A DNA stretch of 62,344 nt, counting the filler, from Chiloscyllium plagiosum (taxonomy: Eukaryota), in NCBI RefSeq assembly GCF_004010195.1. It is 4 parts of one record of this genome, joined end to end, with 100 filler letters (N's around TTAATTAATTAA, not from the genome) between each part and the next. Parts side by side here need not be neighbours in the genome. Positions count along the whole stretch, not along the records: positions 1 to 21,821 come from NC_057714.1; 3 more parts are not named here. One strand, 5' to 3'. Under the pieces are notes generated by a model. The model saw only the letters and a program-made list of their open reading frames with translations. It was not told the origin of the DNA and did not search any database. The position numbers were made by a program, and so were the translations under genes. This document shows positions 1-12,953 of the stretch, one piece after another. Within the stretch, counting starts at the first letter, position 1. Each line of letters begins with the position of its first letter.

Positions 1-570
1 CTCTCCTTTTGGGCTTTTCGAACTTTCCCTCCCTGGACATGTACGGGAAGAGACTATTTTCTATCCTCTCTTTCTTGCAAGGAAAAATATTTTGGTGAAC
101 TGGGTGGCTGAGGGCCCCCCTGGACTTTCAAATTGGCACAGATTAATTATGGAATGTATTCCCCTTGACTTCCTTACAAATATGGTGCACCGAAAGACCG
201 AATTATTTTATAAATTTCGGCTATCCTAACAAGAGCTTTTATTTAATTGAGATTACGAACCTGGCTGGTCCGGGGTCCCTTAGGAGAGGAATCCCGCACG
301 AATACGGGTTTTATTACATTTGATGTTAACACATTCCGAGCATGTAAAAGACTTAAATATACACTCTGGTTAGTTTCAGGTTAGATTAGTAGACAGTTGA
401 GTTTTGTTTTTTTTTTCTTTTTCGGTATTTTTTTTCTTTTGTTAAATTTTGGCTATTGTATATTTGATTTAATTGTATATCAATGTTTGTATTTGAGAGT
501 TTTGTTTATTTTTGTAAACTTGTAAAATGTTAAATTTCTAATAAAAATATCTATATAAAAAAAAATAAAC
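1..570 (+). mobile_element. L1/Tx1-clade LINE 3' end (ORF2 C-terminus, 3' UTR, polyA)
   Basis: Frameshifted translation LLLGFSNFPSLDMYGKRLFSILSF/ARKNILVNWVAEGPPGLSNWHRLIMECIPL resembles the L1 ORF2 C-terminus. T-rich UTR, AATAAA at about 540 and an A-tail at about 556-570. Confidence 0.7.
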
Positions 571-1306
571 ATAAAGCTTCAATTGTCCCCAGTTGACAGG
601 AAATGTGGTAAATGTGGAGGGGTATTTTCTCTACAGTGTGTAACAATTAAAATATTCCTCATTGTCTGAAAGATTCATTGCAACTTACAAAACTGTCTGT
701 TGAAAAACACTCTCCTGCTCTTCCCCACAATCAGTCCCTTGCTGCAGCTTCAACTGGGGGTAACCCACGCACTGCGTTCCCTTGCAATTTATTTTCAACA
801 TTTGTCTTTTTCCCCATTTAGCTTCATTTTAAACCTGATCAAATTCAGTTAAAGCTTCCATGTTCCAACCTGACTCAGTGACTAAGATTGTCAGCGGGCT
901 CCCAGTGTTTAATGATCTTCATTGAGTGCACCCCAATGAGAGCATTCGTGAAAGTGCTGCCTCAGCATTGAACTGGCTTCCCCCAGTTAAACAGAGCACG
1001 CTGCTGTTTTATTGTTTTTTAAGCTTTCATAACTTAGACTTTTCAGCTGAGGTGTTGGAGACTGGAATCTGTCAAAGGAGAACATGTTATTGCATTGAGG
1101 AAAGTGAGCCCTTGATAAAATGGTAAATTAGAAAGAGGTGGCCTTGGCCGCCACAGCCAAACTTAGTAACCAATGTACTTTTTATAATGCAAGAAGTAGT
1201 TAAATGACCTCACAAGCTGAATAGAAGTTATAACTTTGGACTGCTTTTGGTTTCTGCCCACCTTGACTTCCATGTTTAAAACAACATGTCATACTTCCCA
1301 GAAATA

Positions 1307-1410
1307 GTTTGGAGGAGCCAGTGTTGGACTGGGGTGGACAAAGTTAAAAATCACACACCAGGTTTTTTCCAATCTGTTTGACTATAACCTGGTGTGTGTG
1401 ATTTTTAACT
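1307..1410. mobile_element. Miniature fold-back Penelope-like insertion (family A termini only)
   Basis: agttaaaaatcacacaccaggtt...aacctggtgtgtgtgatttttaact inverted repeat with the same termini as 37212-37660. Flanked by a near-duplicate cttcccagaaata (1294-1306) / cctcccagcaata (1411-1423). Confidence 0.75.
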
Positions 1411-2034
1411 CCTCCCAGCAATATGTCTGAACAACCACACAAACGTTGCATGCCCTGTGGGCATTCCTCCTTTTACAGACTGATGGCGAGAAGCTATGAA
1501 GAATTCTAAGATATGTTTATTTGCTCCACCTGTAAAGGAATGTTCTCTGGCACCGGGGCAGCATTCCATTTAAGAATGTTTGCACACTACTTTCTGCTTA
1601 AAGAAGGGGCCCATCATCAAAGGCAACAAAGTCCAATTTTCTTCACAATGTAGATTCATTCTTCAAGGCATCGTCTGGCTGACTCCAGAACTGGAGCGGA
1701 ATTTGAGGATGGCATTGCCAATGTTGAAACCATTGCACAGACATAAAGACTAAAAGCAGTTGGAGGGAAATGGAATTGTTTTCCTGGACATGCTTTAATC
1801 ACTCGGAAATTAGTAAAATTGTTCAGAGGAAGGATGTACCTTTTGGGAAGGACAGGGGAATGCTTTCGAATTGGTAGCTTTGTCAGATGCAATCAGCCTT
1901 CCAGGCAATTAGCTGATCATATTATTTTAAATATTCTGCACTGTAAGAAAACAGCAAGAAACCTCATGGTGGAATTGCATCATAAAAATCGCCCAAGAGC
2001 AAAACTACTATTAAACCCATTTCAAATAATCCCC

Positions 2035-2130
2035 AGCTCCAATGAAAAGTCATTGACCCCAAAACATCAACTCTGCTTCCCTCTTGATAGATGCTGCCTG
2101 ACCTACTGAATACTTGCAGTGTTTTCTGAT
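2035..2130 (+). mobile_element. Decayed Penelope-like terminus (family C) with degenerate hammerhead
   Basis: ccaatgaaaagtcattgaccccaaaacatcaactctg...gatgctgcctgacctactga is similar to the family C copies at 55977, 57693 and 62015. Confidence 0.5.
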
Positions 2131-2904
2131 TATAGCCCCATCCCTGGTCACTGAGTGAGTTTTTAATCTGTGTCCTGATTATCTCTGAGCTGAGGTGCCG
2201 ACCCAGTCCCTATCCTGTCACCCAAGTTGCCTATTTCCACCTCCGTAATACCACTCATCTCTGGCTCTCTTTTAACCAATTGCTGCATCCCAATGCTGTA
2301 CTGGTTGGCTTAAACCAATCTTCATCGAAATCTCTGCTACTCTTGTTCAAACTTACACTATGTCCTGTTCCTCATTGCTCCTGGCCTGTAATGGCCCCAG
2401 TCCAGCAATGCCTCAAACTTTGAAATTTCCTTCCAGGTTCAAGGCTTTATTTGACTGTAAGGTGTATTTGAAATAGTTTTGAGTCTGTGAACGACTATGG
2501 CCAAACTCTTCCAGTCAGGGTCAGTACTGAGTACATTGACTTGACCTTCGAAGATTCTTGCCACCCTGTCATTTTATGGTTTTCTGGGTCATATCTCCGG
2601 ATCTTGGCTAAAGTGTCAAGGGAACACTGTCAGCTCAAAAACAGACAGAAGAAGTGAGGACATGGCCCCCATTTTACAACCACTGCTGCTGGCTTCAGGC
2701 AAATTTTTAATGGTTAAAGCCTTTCAGCAAATGAAAGAGCTAGTGATTGAGTGGGTGGTCAGTTTGGATTGTAGTTTGGTTTTGTTCACTGAAGAAAGTT
2801 GGAGGTGACTTGGGCAGGGATTGAGCAGAGGCATATTTTTGTCTACTTAGGGATGGGTGTAGTGGTACAACCAAATTTAGTCAGGGCGGGTGCCGGTTGG
2901 ATCT

Positions 2905-3031
2905 TAGGCGAAAGTGAGGACTGCAGATGTTGGAGATTAGAGTGGAGAGTGTGGTGCTGGAAAAGCACACAAGGTCAGGCAGCATCTGAGGAGCAGGAAA
3001 ATCGACATTTCGGGCAAACAATCTTCATCAA
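2905..3031 (-). mobile_element. Penelope-like terminus (family B), single arm with tail
   Basis: gtgaggactgcagatgttggagattagagtggagagtgtggtgctggaaaagcac...tcgacatttcgggc...cttcatca matches the arms at 12731, 21681 and 25267. Confidence 0.75.
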
Positions 3032-6000
3032 AAATCTTGTCTGGGGTGGAGGGTAGTAGTGGGACCTAGTTGTGAGGAGGTATTCACGTCTAGGCGGGGT
3101 GTTAACCAGGTCTGGTTGGGCGTATCACGTGATGTTAATCACTGCCAACATCTGCTTAGGTGAATAGCTTTCACTACCCTCATTTTTTGACAGGGTTTAC
3201 AGGGCTTACCGTGACTAAAGTGACAGAGAAAAATCACCTGGTAGTGTAATGCGAAAATACTCTTACTGCATGTGTGGTATCGTCTATTGCATGATAGCAA
3301 TCATTGGTACGATGGACATTGCTTCAAAGACTATGAGGTGAACTGGAAAGTATGTTTGCCTGACATTAGATTGCAAGGAGTTTATGTTTCAGTATTCTCC
3401 TTTTCACAACATTTACCTTTTATAGTAGGGGCCAGTCAGGGGAGGTGTATTGTGGGGATGTTTAGGTAGGGTGCAGATTGGAAGTGTTGGAATGGATTAG
3501 TTGGGTCTGATAGAAAGGTCTGGTTTGGTTTAGAAAGGATACTTGGGTCTGATTGGGGAGGGGTTGTAATAATCTTGGGTAGTTGGGAATAGACGCATCT
3601 GATTGGGTCGTTGGACATCGTTAGTTAGATGTGGCTGAACTGATGTAGTCTGCTCTAGTTGGGGAGTGGTATTAGTTGGGTCTAGTTCACCATAGGAAAT
3701 GGGGGATGTGGTTGTAGTTGGATGATTAGAGAATAGTCTAGTCCAGGGCTGATTGGGTGGTTGATAGAGATTATCATTTGTTTAAGGTATTAAAGTGTGT
3801 ATCATTTCCAAGGTAAGTAGCTGTGTGTGTGTTTGTACACCCAATTTATACCCTATCTCCTATGAGACTGAATGATTCGGGCCATTACTCAGATATCCTT
3901 CTGCTCTTTTAATCAGGACGTAAACTCATGTATTTGAAATGATTTACCATTTTGGTAAAATAATGCAGAGTAAGACCACAGTAAGCCTTGTTTGCGCTGT
4001 TAGCCTACGCATAATGTCAGGGTTATTATCTTTATTAATTACGACCTGCTTACTTGAGGTTCTGAGAATTCTGACGAAACAGCTGGACTCAGTTAACAAA
4101 ATGAATGCCTTCAACACAGCCATTACATTATATGTAGTATGATTTCAATCAGTGAGCATTGAATCCATTGGTGCTTGCAGCTAGCTTGAACACACACACA
4201 CACACACATGAAATCCCGCCCCCTTGTTTACATTTTCCATTGCCATATTTGGCCAGTGTGAAGTCTCATGCATATCTTGTAAGGCCAGTCACCTTGAGTG
4301 GGAGGAAAACGCACAGTATAATGAAAAATAAGGGCCCCATTCCAATGCTGTTATTGCACGTAAGCCTGGAGTGCAGAGATTGCTCCTGAAGCTGCACTCT
4401 TTGAAGCAACTTTGAATACCTACAGTAATGAAACACAGTGTGAGAGGTAAGATGTTTTTGGATTAACATGGGTAATGGATATTAAAGTTTATGTTCGGAG
4501 CTAGGGAAGACAAAGAATGAGACCAGCCAAAGTTTTTTTTAGAAAAGCCACTTATGAAAAAGGAATGTGGCGCTGAACAAGCCCAGAGTTGCCTCAGTGT
4601 GCAGTATTTCTACAAAGCATTTGGCATAGCTGCTTTCTTTACACTACCTCATCGGATCAGTTATTTATTCTTACTGTGAGTATTATGCTGGTTGCGAGTA
4701 GGGACAGCATATGGTTGAGGCCCAGATGTGTTTACCTAGCTGGAATCAATCTGCTCCTACTTTTACTTGTGTTGAATGAGTGACAGCAGGACAGCCAGCT
4801 GCAGAACATGTTTTCAGTTTGAAACGCATTTATCTAGTTTACCTCTAAATGGGTTTTGTGGGAAGACGCCCCAGACAGAAAAGGATGAAAGCAGATAAGA
4901 GTGTTGTACAGAAAGAGAACTGATTTTTATTTTTATGTTTAATAATTAATTTCAGTCTAATGCTTTTACAGCATTGAGATCAATTTCTCTACTTCAATGC
5001 AACAGACGTGTTCTAATATTATTCACAACGTGGAGACCTCTGAATCTGGTTAATTTGTAATTAAGGAATTCCATTCGGCAGGCTGAATTGTGAAAGGTGC
5101 ATATTTGAGAAAGAATTAACCATTTTTACCATGTCTCTTTATTTATCTTTAATATTTTGCCATGCCATAGATGTTACTTAAATGTTACCTGTGGGCATAA
5201 AAGACAGTAATATTCTTCTTAAAGCCCTGTTAATTTTTTTGTCCCTGTGGAATGACCTTTTTTGGAGGGGAGGAAAGCAATGGGATCAAGAGAGAGAAAT
5301 GTAAGAATGCTGTTTCTCTAAAGAAACTAGTACAAATACCTTACAGAAAATGTGTCAGGTTCTCAATGTGGAAAACCCATTTCCATAGAAATATGTTAAT
5401 TGTTGTGCTTGCCAGGAGCAGGTGAAAATGACTTTTATGTGTCTAATTAATAGTATTTTTAAGTGAAATATAAGTTGATAATCCTTGTAACCTTTTTAAA
5501 CTGCAGAATAATGCCATCTAGAGGACAGGTGATATTTACAAAACACACTGAGCTCATGTTCCTAAAATCGTAATTAGGTCACATTTCATGGAGGAATAAG
5601 AAATAATGTTTTCAAGGGAAGAACAGGCTTTGAATTAATGTATTTCTTTGCTCTTGTGGTTTATGGCAAATCTACTCTTTTTATTTGGATTTCTACAATT
5701 TCAATTATCTCCACTGTTTGTAATACCCATGCAGTTTGGCAATCTTTCAATATTCCAATTAAGTGGTTGTTCTTCTATGAGTTTGGACAGTGAATGTTAG
5801 AAGATTCTTGGGGTGTGTGCAGGATATCACTGTTGAGTCTTGTCATCAGCTGGTATCGAATGCACAGTAGGAATCGGACCTTGCAGCCTTCTGCTATATA
5901 TGCTTGTTTGCTGAGCAGCAACTTTTAACTCAATAAGCCTGTGTAGTGTTGTTGTTGTTGAAGGCACCAAATACAGGGCACCTCTGTCCAACCTATTACA

Positions 6001-7047
6001 TTTGAGATTTGCAGCTGAAGATGATCTTGAGTTTAAGAATGAAACCATAACCCTTGAGAAAGTTAATATCCTTGCTACAGTGCTCGTTTTGGGCTTTATA
6101 GTAGCAGTTACATGCATTTGCAGGCAGAGAAGTGAATTATATAGCAAGCAAGCACAGTGCATAAATATTGCAGATTGTATAGCATTGTAAAGGGCTGCCT
6201 GTTACAGGTAAGTAAATAGAAAATAAGATGCCATCTAGTTGTAAATATTGCCATCTCCAATTTTATCAGGAAAGCTGTACTTTTTATGCAATGCCATAAA
6301 GCAACAATGATAATGCCCTCCAGCAGATGTGTCTACAGTCATTTTTGCTGTTGTAATTCTTTTGCTATGGTGCCTTGAGGGGAAGAAAAGGTTAGTTTGC
6401 TTGTCATTTTGATTGTATCTTCCGTACAAGAATCAGAGAGGATTTGGTAGCAGTAAGATATGATAACTATCTATAATCACAAGGTTGGCTGGATAACTCA
6501 TGTACCAGGAAGTCCCAAATAAATTCTGGTGAGTTGCACAAATGAAGATATCTGTTGTAGCTTGTTCCCTTCTCGGACTGTTTTGATTCTAGGTACATTG
6601 TACAAGATGAATCCAACCTTTTCTGTTTCTGAATGGCATTTGAAAATTTTGTTAAGGTGTGTGAGCTTAAAATGTGCAAATCATTGCCAATAGAAATATT
6701 TTTAATAAGAAATGAATCAAAGGTTATAGCTCTGAGTAATGTTCCAGCCTTGTGTTTAGCATATACAAAAGTCTTCTACACATGTGCCTTCCCTTTTGCA
6801 GAGTGACCCTGTTGAGTATGTGGAGTCAGTTAATGAACATAGATTTAAAATCAGCCTGGAAACTTTAAAACAAAATACCTTTGATAATACAATCTTTGTC
6901 TACCGTTAAAATGGAGTGCGTTTATTTACCTCCAATTAGTTTAAGCTAATATTGGAGCAAGAATTCTCGGCTGTATCTTGACAAATTGTGATAATTGTTG
7001 GGTTAGTGCGATTAGATTTGGTTAATAATTCTCCTTTCTTACCATAG

Positions 7048-8292
7048 TGTCACACACCCAAGGGCCAATTGATGGAAGTTTGTACGCCAAGGTACGAAAG
7101 AAAAGCTCATCTGATGGTAATATCCCTATTGGCGGTGCTCACGCAACTACAGGACCTGACCAAATTGACCATACTCTGTCAGTCAGCAGTGACTCTGGGA
7201 ACTCTACAGCCTCCATAAGAACAGACCGGACTGAGGAGCATTTGCCACCTGGTGTTAAACGAGGCCTAAGCCTGCAAGAGAAGGCTGAGTTGGACAGGCT
7301 TTTAAGTGGATTTGGGCTGGAGAATTCTGTACAGTTGAAGGATATGACTGAAACAAGAGTGAAGTACAGTGGAGTACGTCACATTGTACCAGTTCAGGTT
7401 CATGTTAACGGTGAACTGAAAGCCAAGGACAGGGAGACTGATATTTTAGATGATGAAATGCCAAATCATGATCTGCATAGCGTGGACAGCATAGGGACTC
7501 TTTCCTCTTCAGAAGGTCAACCATCAAACAATCTGGGAAACTTCAGTTTTCACAAGAGCAGTCAGAACTCTTTACTATCTGATGGTTTTGGAAGCAACAC
7601 TGGAGATGAACTGCATAATGCTGTTGTACCTGACCTTGGAATAGGCACAGAAACAGTGTATGACAGAACATTTGTTGGAGTTACTGAGGGGAAAAATGTC
7701 TTTCAACGACCAAGAAACCCTTCATTGTCAACACAACCACAGGGTTATAACCAGAGCAATTATTCAACTCAAACCTGGGTGCGACAACAGCAAATGGTTG
7801 CTGCCCAACAGTATGCCTATCCAGCAGAAAATGACTTGAGGTTTGCAATGGTGGGGACTGGTGAAGATCAGAACAGAACACAAACAACATCGAAACTTCC
7901 TGATACACCTGCAAGAGGCTCTAGTAGCAGAGATGCTGTGCAGAGAGGGCTTAGTACATTATCAGGAGATAGTAAGTTACAAGATCATCAGGCCTCTGAA
8001 GTCTTGTTTGAACGTGAAAATCAGGGTCTCAAACCTTCTGAGGTTAATCAGACTGCTGAAGGCGCAGGATTGGGATCGAAAAAGCAAGATTTGTCTACTT
8101 CGCCAACTTTGGATATTGATCAGTCAATTGAACAGCTCAATAAACTGATAATGGACCTAGATCCTACATTTGTCCCGATTCCTACACGTGTCAATTCTAC
8201 AAGTAAAGGTGCTCTTCTCAACAAGGGCATCATTCGACAAGGAGAGGCTCAAGAACAAACTGAAAGGATCACTAGAAGTGACTGCCAACAAG
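7048..8292 (+). CDS. TNS3: Tensin-3, large internal coding exon (region after the PTP/C2 domains)
   Basis: The 420-aa ORF has motifs I recognise from vertebrate TNS3: HTQGPIDGSLYAKVRKKSSSD, DHTLSVSSDSG, EKAELDRLLSGFG, DRETDILDDEMPNHDLHSVDSIGTLSSSEG, YSTQTWVRQQQMV and SPTLDIDQSIEQLNKLIMDLDPTF. Acceptor ttctcctttcttaccatAG ends at 7047; donor is CAAG|GTAAAT at 8292/8293. Length 1245 nt, phase 1 at both ends. Confidence 0.93.
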
Positions 8293-9771
8293 GTAAATTA
8301 ACTGGATAAGTATCTTATAAAGTACCTTACAGAGGCAAGGCCATTGCAAAATATCTAACTGCCCTCTATTAAGCATGTCATGAGTAAAAGTCCTTGGGTC
8401 ACTGTGATATTCCAAGCTTATTAATGAAAGTTTCCTGTTTGGCATCATGACAAAAGCCATAAACACAGACTAATATACCAAACAGGACAAAGCTCAGAAA
8501 TCCATTTATGGTATCCCTGCACATAATGTAAATTTATTGTCCCCACATGGAGGCTTCACCACTGGAAGTGTAATTTGGAAACTCAGATATATACATCTCT
8601 GCCATTAAGGTAATTTCTGGAAGGGATTACTGGATCCTTTTGGGGTCACCAATTCCCTTCCCATAATTTTCTCCACCTTCTATATTTTTCTTGTGAAGTT
8701 ACCCAACTTATGTATGAGAATTCCTCAAGAGTCAGTCAGCAGCCTGTTGAACCATGAGTAGTGTCATAGCTGAACCTAACGGTATCCACAAAAAGTTTGT
8801 ATAAATATTCAGTCGAGACCATAACTATCCTGTTTTTCCGAGGGCGAGGCTGTGTTGGTTGGTTCTTTGAATGTTCAGTGCTATTTGTGACACAAAGATA
8901 CTGTGAAAGTTAGAACCTTCAAAATGATATTAAACAAGTTTGAAATGCATTTGGGAATCATTTGGAATACAATTTACCCAATTTTTATGTAAAAGTTTCA
9001 TTATTAGGTTAGTTGCCAATAAGCTATCCACTATAGTACTAAGCTCTATGTGACCCTCCTAATCTCTTCCATTAATTGAGTTCAGGCAGTTGGTTGCGAA
9101 AATATTAGTTAATCTCCTTTAATCATAAGCAAGGAAGGTGGATATGTGCCAGAGTTCCTGCATTTAGTCAATAACCAAAAAGCTAACTGAGAACTTTGTG
9201 TGCTTTGGGGGAAGCCAGCATTGAGCTCATCTATAATGTACCATACACGCTGACAGCATTCCCGGCTGAGAAAGACCTACCTGGGTGAGGAATTAGTGGC
9301 AGGACGTGGAGCAATGCACGACTTAGTGTCATTAAGAGTGACAAATTGAAAGTTAGGAGCAGTATGTTTTCCAAATCGTAAGGGATTGAAAATGACTACA
9401 TCTCTGATGTGTAAATAATGCAGTTATACGACAGTGGCTCAACCTCTTTCCACTTTTCAAAGATATCTGGAAAATACAACTATCAATGTATTGTCAAAAG
9501 TACTATTTGGGGCCATTACAGAGGATACCTCCTGTTTATTTTAGGTTATTGTAGGTATTTTTAGTCTCCTTATGGAGTACAGCTTATATGGCAAGTTTAT
9601 ATCAAGCTATGTTTGTCTTCCAAAGCTAAATAGCATCCATAAATTGGGATGATTGTCATCAAAGTCGTGACTTCACTGTAAATATGACAACTGGTTGGTT
9701 AATTTAGTACTGGATTGAACTTAGACATGACAAAACTTTCTCAATGCTTGTTTTCGGTACAGTGTTACAGG

Positions 9772-10012
9772 CTGAGGGATGACCTGATAGTATAGAATTC
9801 TGAGAGGCATGGCTAGGATGGGTAGTCGACACCTCTTTTCCTGGATTGAAAAGTCAAATACTAGGGGTCGTAGGTCGGAGGTGTGCGAGGAATTTTGTTT
9901 TACACAGAGGGTGGTGGGTGCCTGTTTATGGATGTGCAGGCAAATGGGACTAGTTTGGAAGAGCATCACAGTTGGCACAGACATTGTGGGTATGTGCTGT
10001 GTTGTTCTGTGT
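9772..10012 (+). mobile_element. CR1 LINE 3' fragment
   Basis: gggatgacctgatag...actaggggtc...ttttacacagagggtggtgggtgcctg is homologous to the CR1 3' ends at 22400 and 58890. Confidence 0.65.
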
Positions 10013-11483
10013 TCTTGCAGATGCAGTATGTTTGATTAGTTTACAAACTGTGCTGAAAGAAACATGCAGAGCAGTTTACAAATTTTTTCTAAACGTGGTA
10101 TAGTACAGCATTGAAATAACACCATTGAAGTTAATGATTTATTGTGACAGTCCTTCCTTTGTCTGGCAGACAGAGTAGCCTTTCCTTGAAACCTCGACTG
10201 GGTACCACCTGTATTATTCAAAGCTTGGCTGACAGGATGGGTATTGCTGCTTCTGTTTCTCTTTTCCCAAGGTAACATGTTATCCCTCTGAGGGGTTCAT
10301 TCAGTGAAAATGTCAGGCTGTGAGGATTACTGAGTTTACATAGTATTACAACCTGGAGTTCAACTTGATGTCCTGGGTTAAAAGGGAATGAAAAATGTTC
10401 AGCATTTAGATGTTTAGAGGCTTATTGTTACTGCATGTCATTTCAGTCTTGTGCTGTTTTTAGAAATGATTGATTGTAAATACTCTGTGTTGAACATGAA
10501 CACAGTCATTGACAAATATCGTTTGGTATTTATGGTTGTGAAAGAGGAAGCAAAATGCTTATGTTCGTGTTACATGCTTTTGCGCATGCATATTGCCAGT
10601 TTAAAACCACAAATGGAGTTGCAACAGGATAAAGTGGTTTAGCTCTTGACTTAAAGTATTCACTCTATGATAGTGTCACATCTTGGATCACTGGTTGTGG
10701 AATTGTGCATTTGCAATTGGTCAGCAGTTCTGATAGTTTAATTGTATAATCCCACAATGTAATTGTGACATATTCATTATTTCTATAAATGATAATACTT
10801 CTGAAACTTTGGAGTGACTGATTCAAAATCAAATCACAACATGACTCTCTAGTTTCAGAAAAACACTTGGGATGTGGTATTTGCTGGAGAGGCAAATGTT
10901 TACTAGCCATCCCTATTTTCCTTGAAAAGATGGTTGTGGGCTGCTTTTTAAACCACTCTTGCTGAAAGCAATCCCATGTTGTATGCTGTTGGGTAAGAAG
11001 TTCCAGAATTTTGTCACAACAGAACTGTAACGCTTACCCTTAAATTGGGGTAAGTTGGATATTTGTTTGAATTTTGTGTGCAGCTTGTAAATGATTTAAA
11101 CTATTGTGAATTGGACAGGGCCTGTAGGCTAGCAAATTGAAAAGCAAATGTGATATTCATGAGAAAGTTGGGACTCTTCCATTTTTAAGTTGAAATGTAG
11201 CATTAGGTGTGTTGGATGACATGTATCCACTCATGCCTGCAGCGTTATCTTATGTTTCTTATGTTGCTACCTATGCAAGCGTGATGTTGCATGTGTTATT
11301 CGTGAATTCTTATTGAGCAAGCTGAAAACTCTTGTCACTGGTCAGATCTTCCAGGATTGGACTATTTTCAGAGTCAAAAGTTCTGGTGCCATGTTTAAAA
11401 GCCACTTGGATAGCATTTGATTTGCTGCAAGTCAGTGATCGCTCCCAGAAGTTCAGAAATGGCAGCCTATAACTGTAAGATGG

Positions 11484-11699
11484 GCACTGAGCTTTACTGA
11501 TGCTGCCCTCCAGACAGTGCTAGACAAGGTGATTGAAAGAAAGTCTGTTGTCCTCCCTGTTGACTGCATCAGACAGCCATGATATCTGATTTATCAAGTT
11601 TGATTCGAGACCACAGTGGAGGTCAGTGCCATTGGTTCCCACACAAGACAAGGTAAACAGTATACGTAACAATTCAGTGACCTCCTGAGCTCCGTGAGG
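11484..11699 (+). pseudogene. Decayed Myb/SANT-like (NAIF1/Myb_DNA-bind_5 type) gene of a PIF/Harbinger transposon
   Basis: One frame reads ALSFTDAALQTVLDKVIERKSVVLPVDCIRQP*YLIYQV*FETTVEVSAIGSHTRQGKQYT*QFSDLLSSVR, followed by GT. This fits the pattern F.D..L..LL..V..R..VL.P...W..V..EVSA....R...QC.K.F.DL. Confidence 0.6.
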
Positions 11700-12189
11700 G
11701 TGTGTGGCACCATCTCTAATCAGCTATCTCTTATTCACGGGGACATTGTTCAATGTTAACTCTGCTACCAAACACACATCTCCAAAGGGTCAAAGTCTGC
11801 AGACATCAGCATCATATGCCACCTCATGCTGTCAGGATATTATCCTATGCTGTGCACTGTCCTTCCTCCTCCCTGACTGAGTATACCTCAGCCATCTGGT
11901 ATGGTCATGTCTGCTCACAAACTGGACCTTTCCCCATCCCATCACAGACAGTCCTTATCCATTATCACGAAGTAGCAAAGATTAGCAATGTCTCAAGCAG
12001 CCATAGTCATTTTCTGCACTGGCTCTGTCACTTGCAGGTAGCTGTACCTATACATGCAGATACAGTTCTGTGCCAGAGCTGTCCTCTTCTGTGGTAGATC
12101 TTGCCTTTGTGCTTCTCCCTCCGGAGGCCTGTGTGGCAACCAATAGCAACTGTTGTTGCTGCAGATGCAGTTGTCTGTGTTCTGTTCTA

Positions 12190-12520
12190 GTGTGGTTTCT
12201 CTGCTGTCATAAAATGGCAAGATAAACATTTGGATTGCCCTCTGCAATTCTTCTTTAACTTGCCACAGATCTTTGAGATTAGCAGGAAGTGAACAACCTT
12301 AGCACAGGGACAGTTCACCGACATCTTCACAATATATCGACAGGTGGCAGTGTCATACCTGGGCAAGGACCCAGCAGCATGCACTGCATTGCTGTGTGTA
12401 TTGAAGAGGACAGCACCTTGCCACCAACCTCTCAGCATCTCGCAAATATTTACTATCACAGGATTTCCTTCAAGCTTGACCAACACCTTCCAATACACAG
12501 TTGAAATTCTGACCTCCTGT
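12190..12520 (-). pseudogene. Decayed HARBI1-like Harbinger transposase N-terminal fragment, convergent with the Myb remnant
   Basis: ORF 12187-12498 contains IVNICEML...SNAVHAAGSL...TATCRYIVKMSVNCPCAKVVHF, weakly resembling the HARBI1 HTH region (ALNFYASGSF...AHRCI..V). Confidence 0.35.
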
Positions 12521-12730
12521 ACGGTAGCCCAAAAAGGTGATGGTCTGGCCTCTTAATGAGGTAGCTGCCAGGAGGCCCCATGTCACTCAAACCCCACCAC
12601 AGGAGTCATGTGAGAATGGCTTTGTCTTGTGTATGAAGATATGGCAGCTGTAATATAAAGGCTTGCAGTCCTGGAGACTGTGGTGGGGAAGATGAGCTAT
12701 TGAATGAATGTACTTTGCTCTGTCAGCACT

Positions 12731-12953
12731 TGGACAAAATGCGGACTGCAGATGCTGGAGATCAGAGTCGAGAGTGTGGTGCTGGAAAAGTACAGCAGGT
12801 CAGGCAGCATCCGTGGAGCAGAGTATCGATGTTTCAGGCATAAGCTCTTCATCAGGAAAGCCCTTCCAGATGAAGGGCTTATGCCCGAAATGTTGATTCT
12901 CCTGCTCCTCAGATGCTGCCTGACCTGCTGTGCTTTTCCAGCCACAGTCTCGA
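12731..12953. mobile_element. Fold-back Penelope-like insertion (family B) with two inverted hammerhead-like cores
   Basis: Arms at about 12764-12857 and 12864-12957 are reverse complements, with an extra tail of about 33 nt on the left. Flanking duplication ctctgtcagcact (12718-12730) / ctctgtcaacact (12954-12966). Confidence 0.85.

Noticed and set aside
1060..1126. EPLIKW followed by GT, reminiscent of tensin DPLIRWDSY in the preceding exon
   Set aside because: No surrounding similarity (no VDY..., no DSY) and a stop follows immediately; probably chance.
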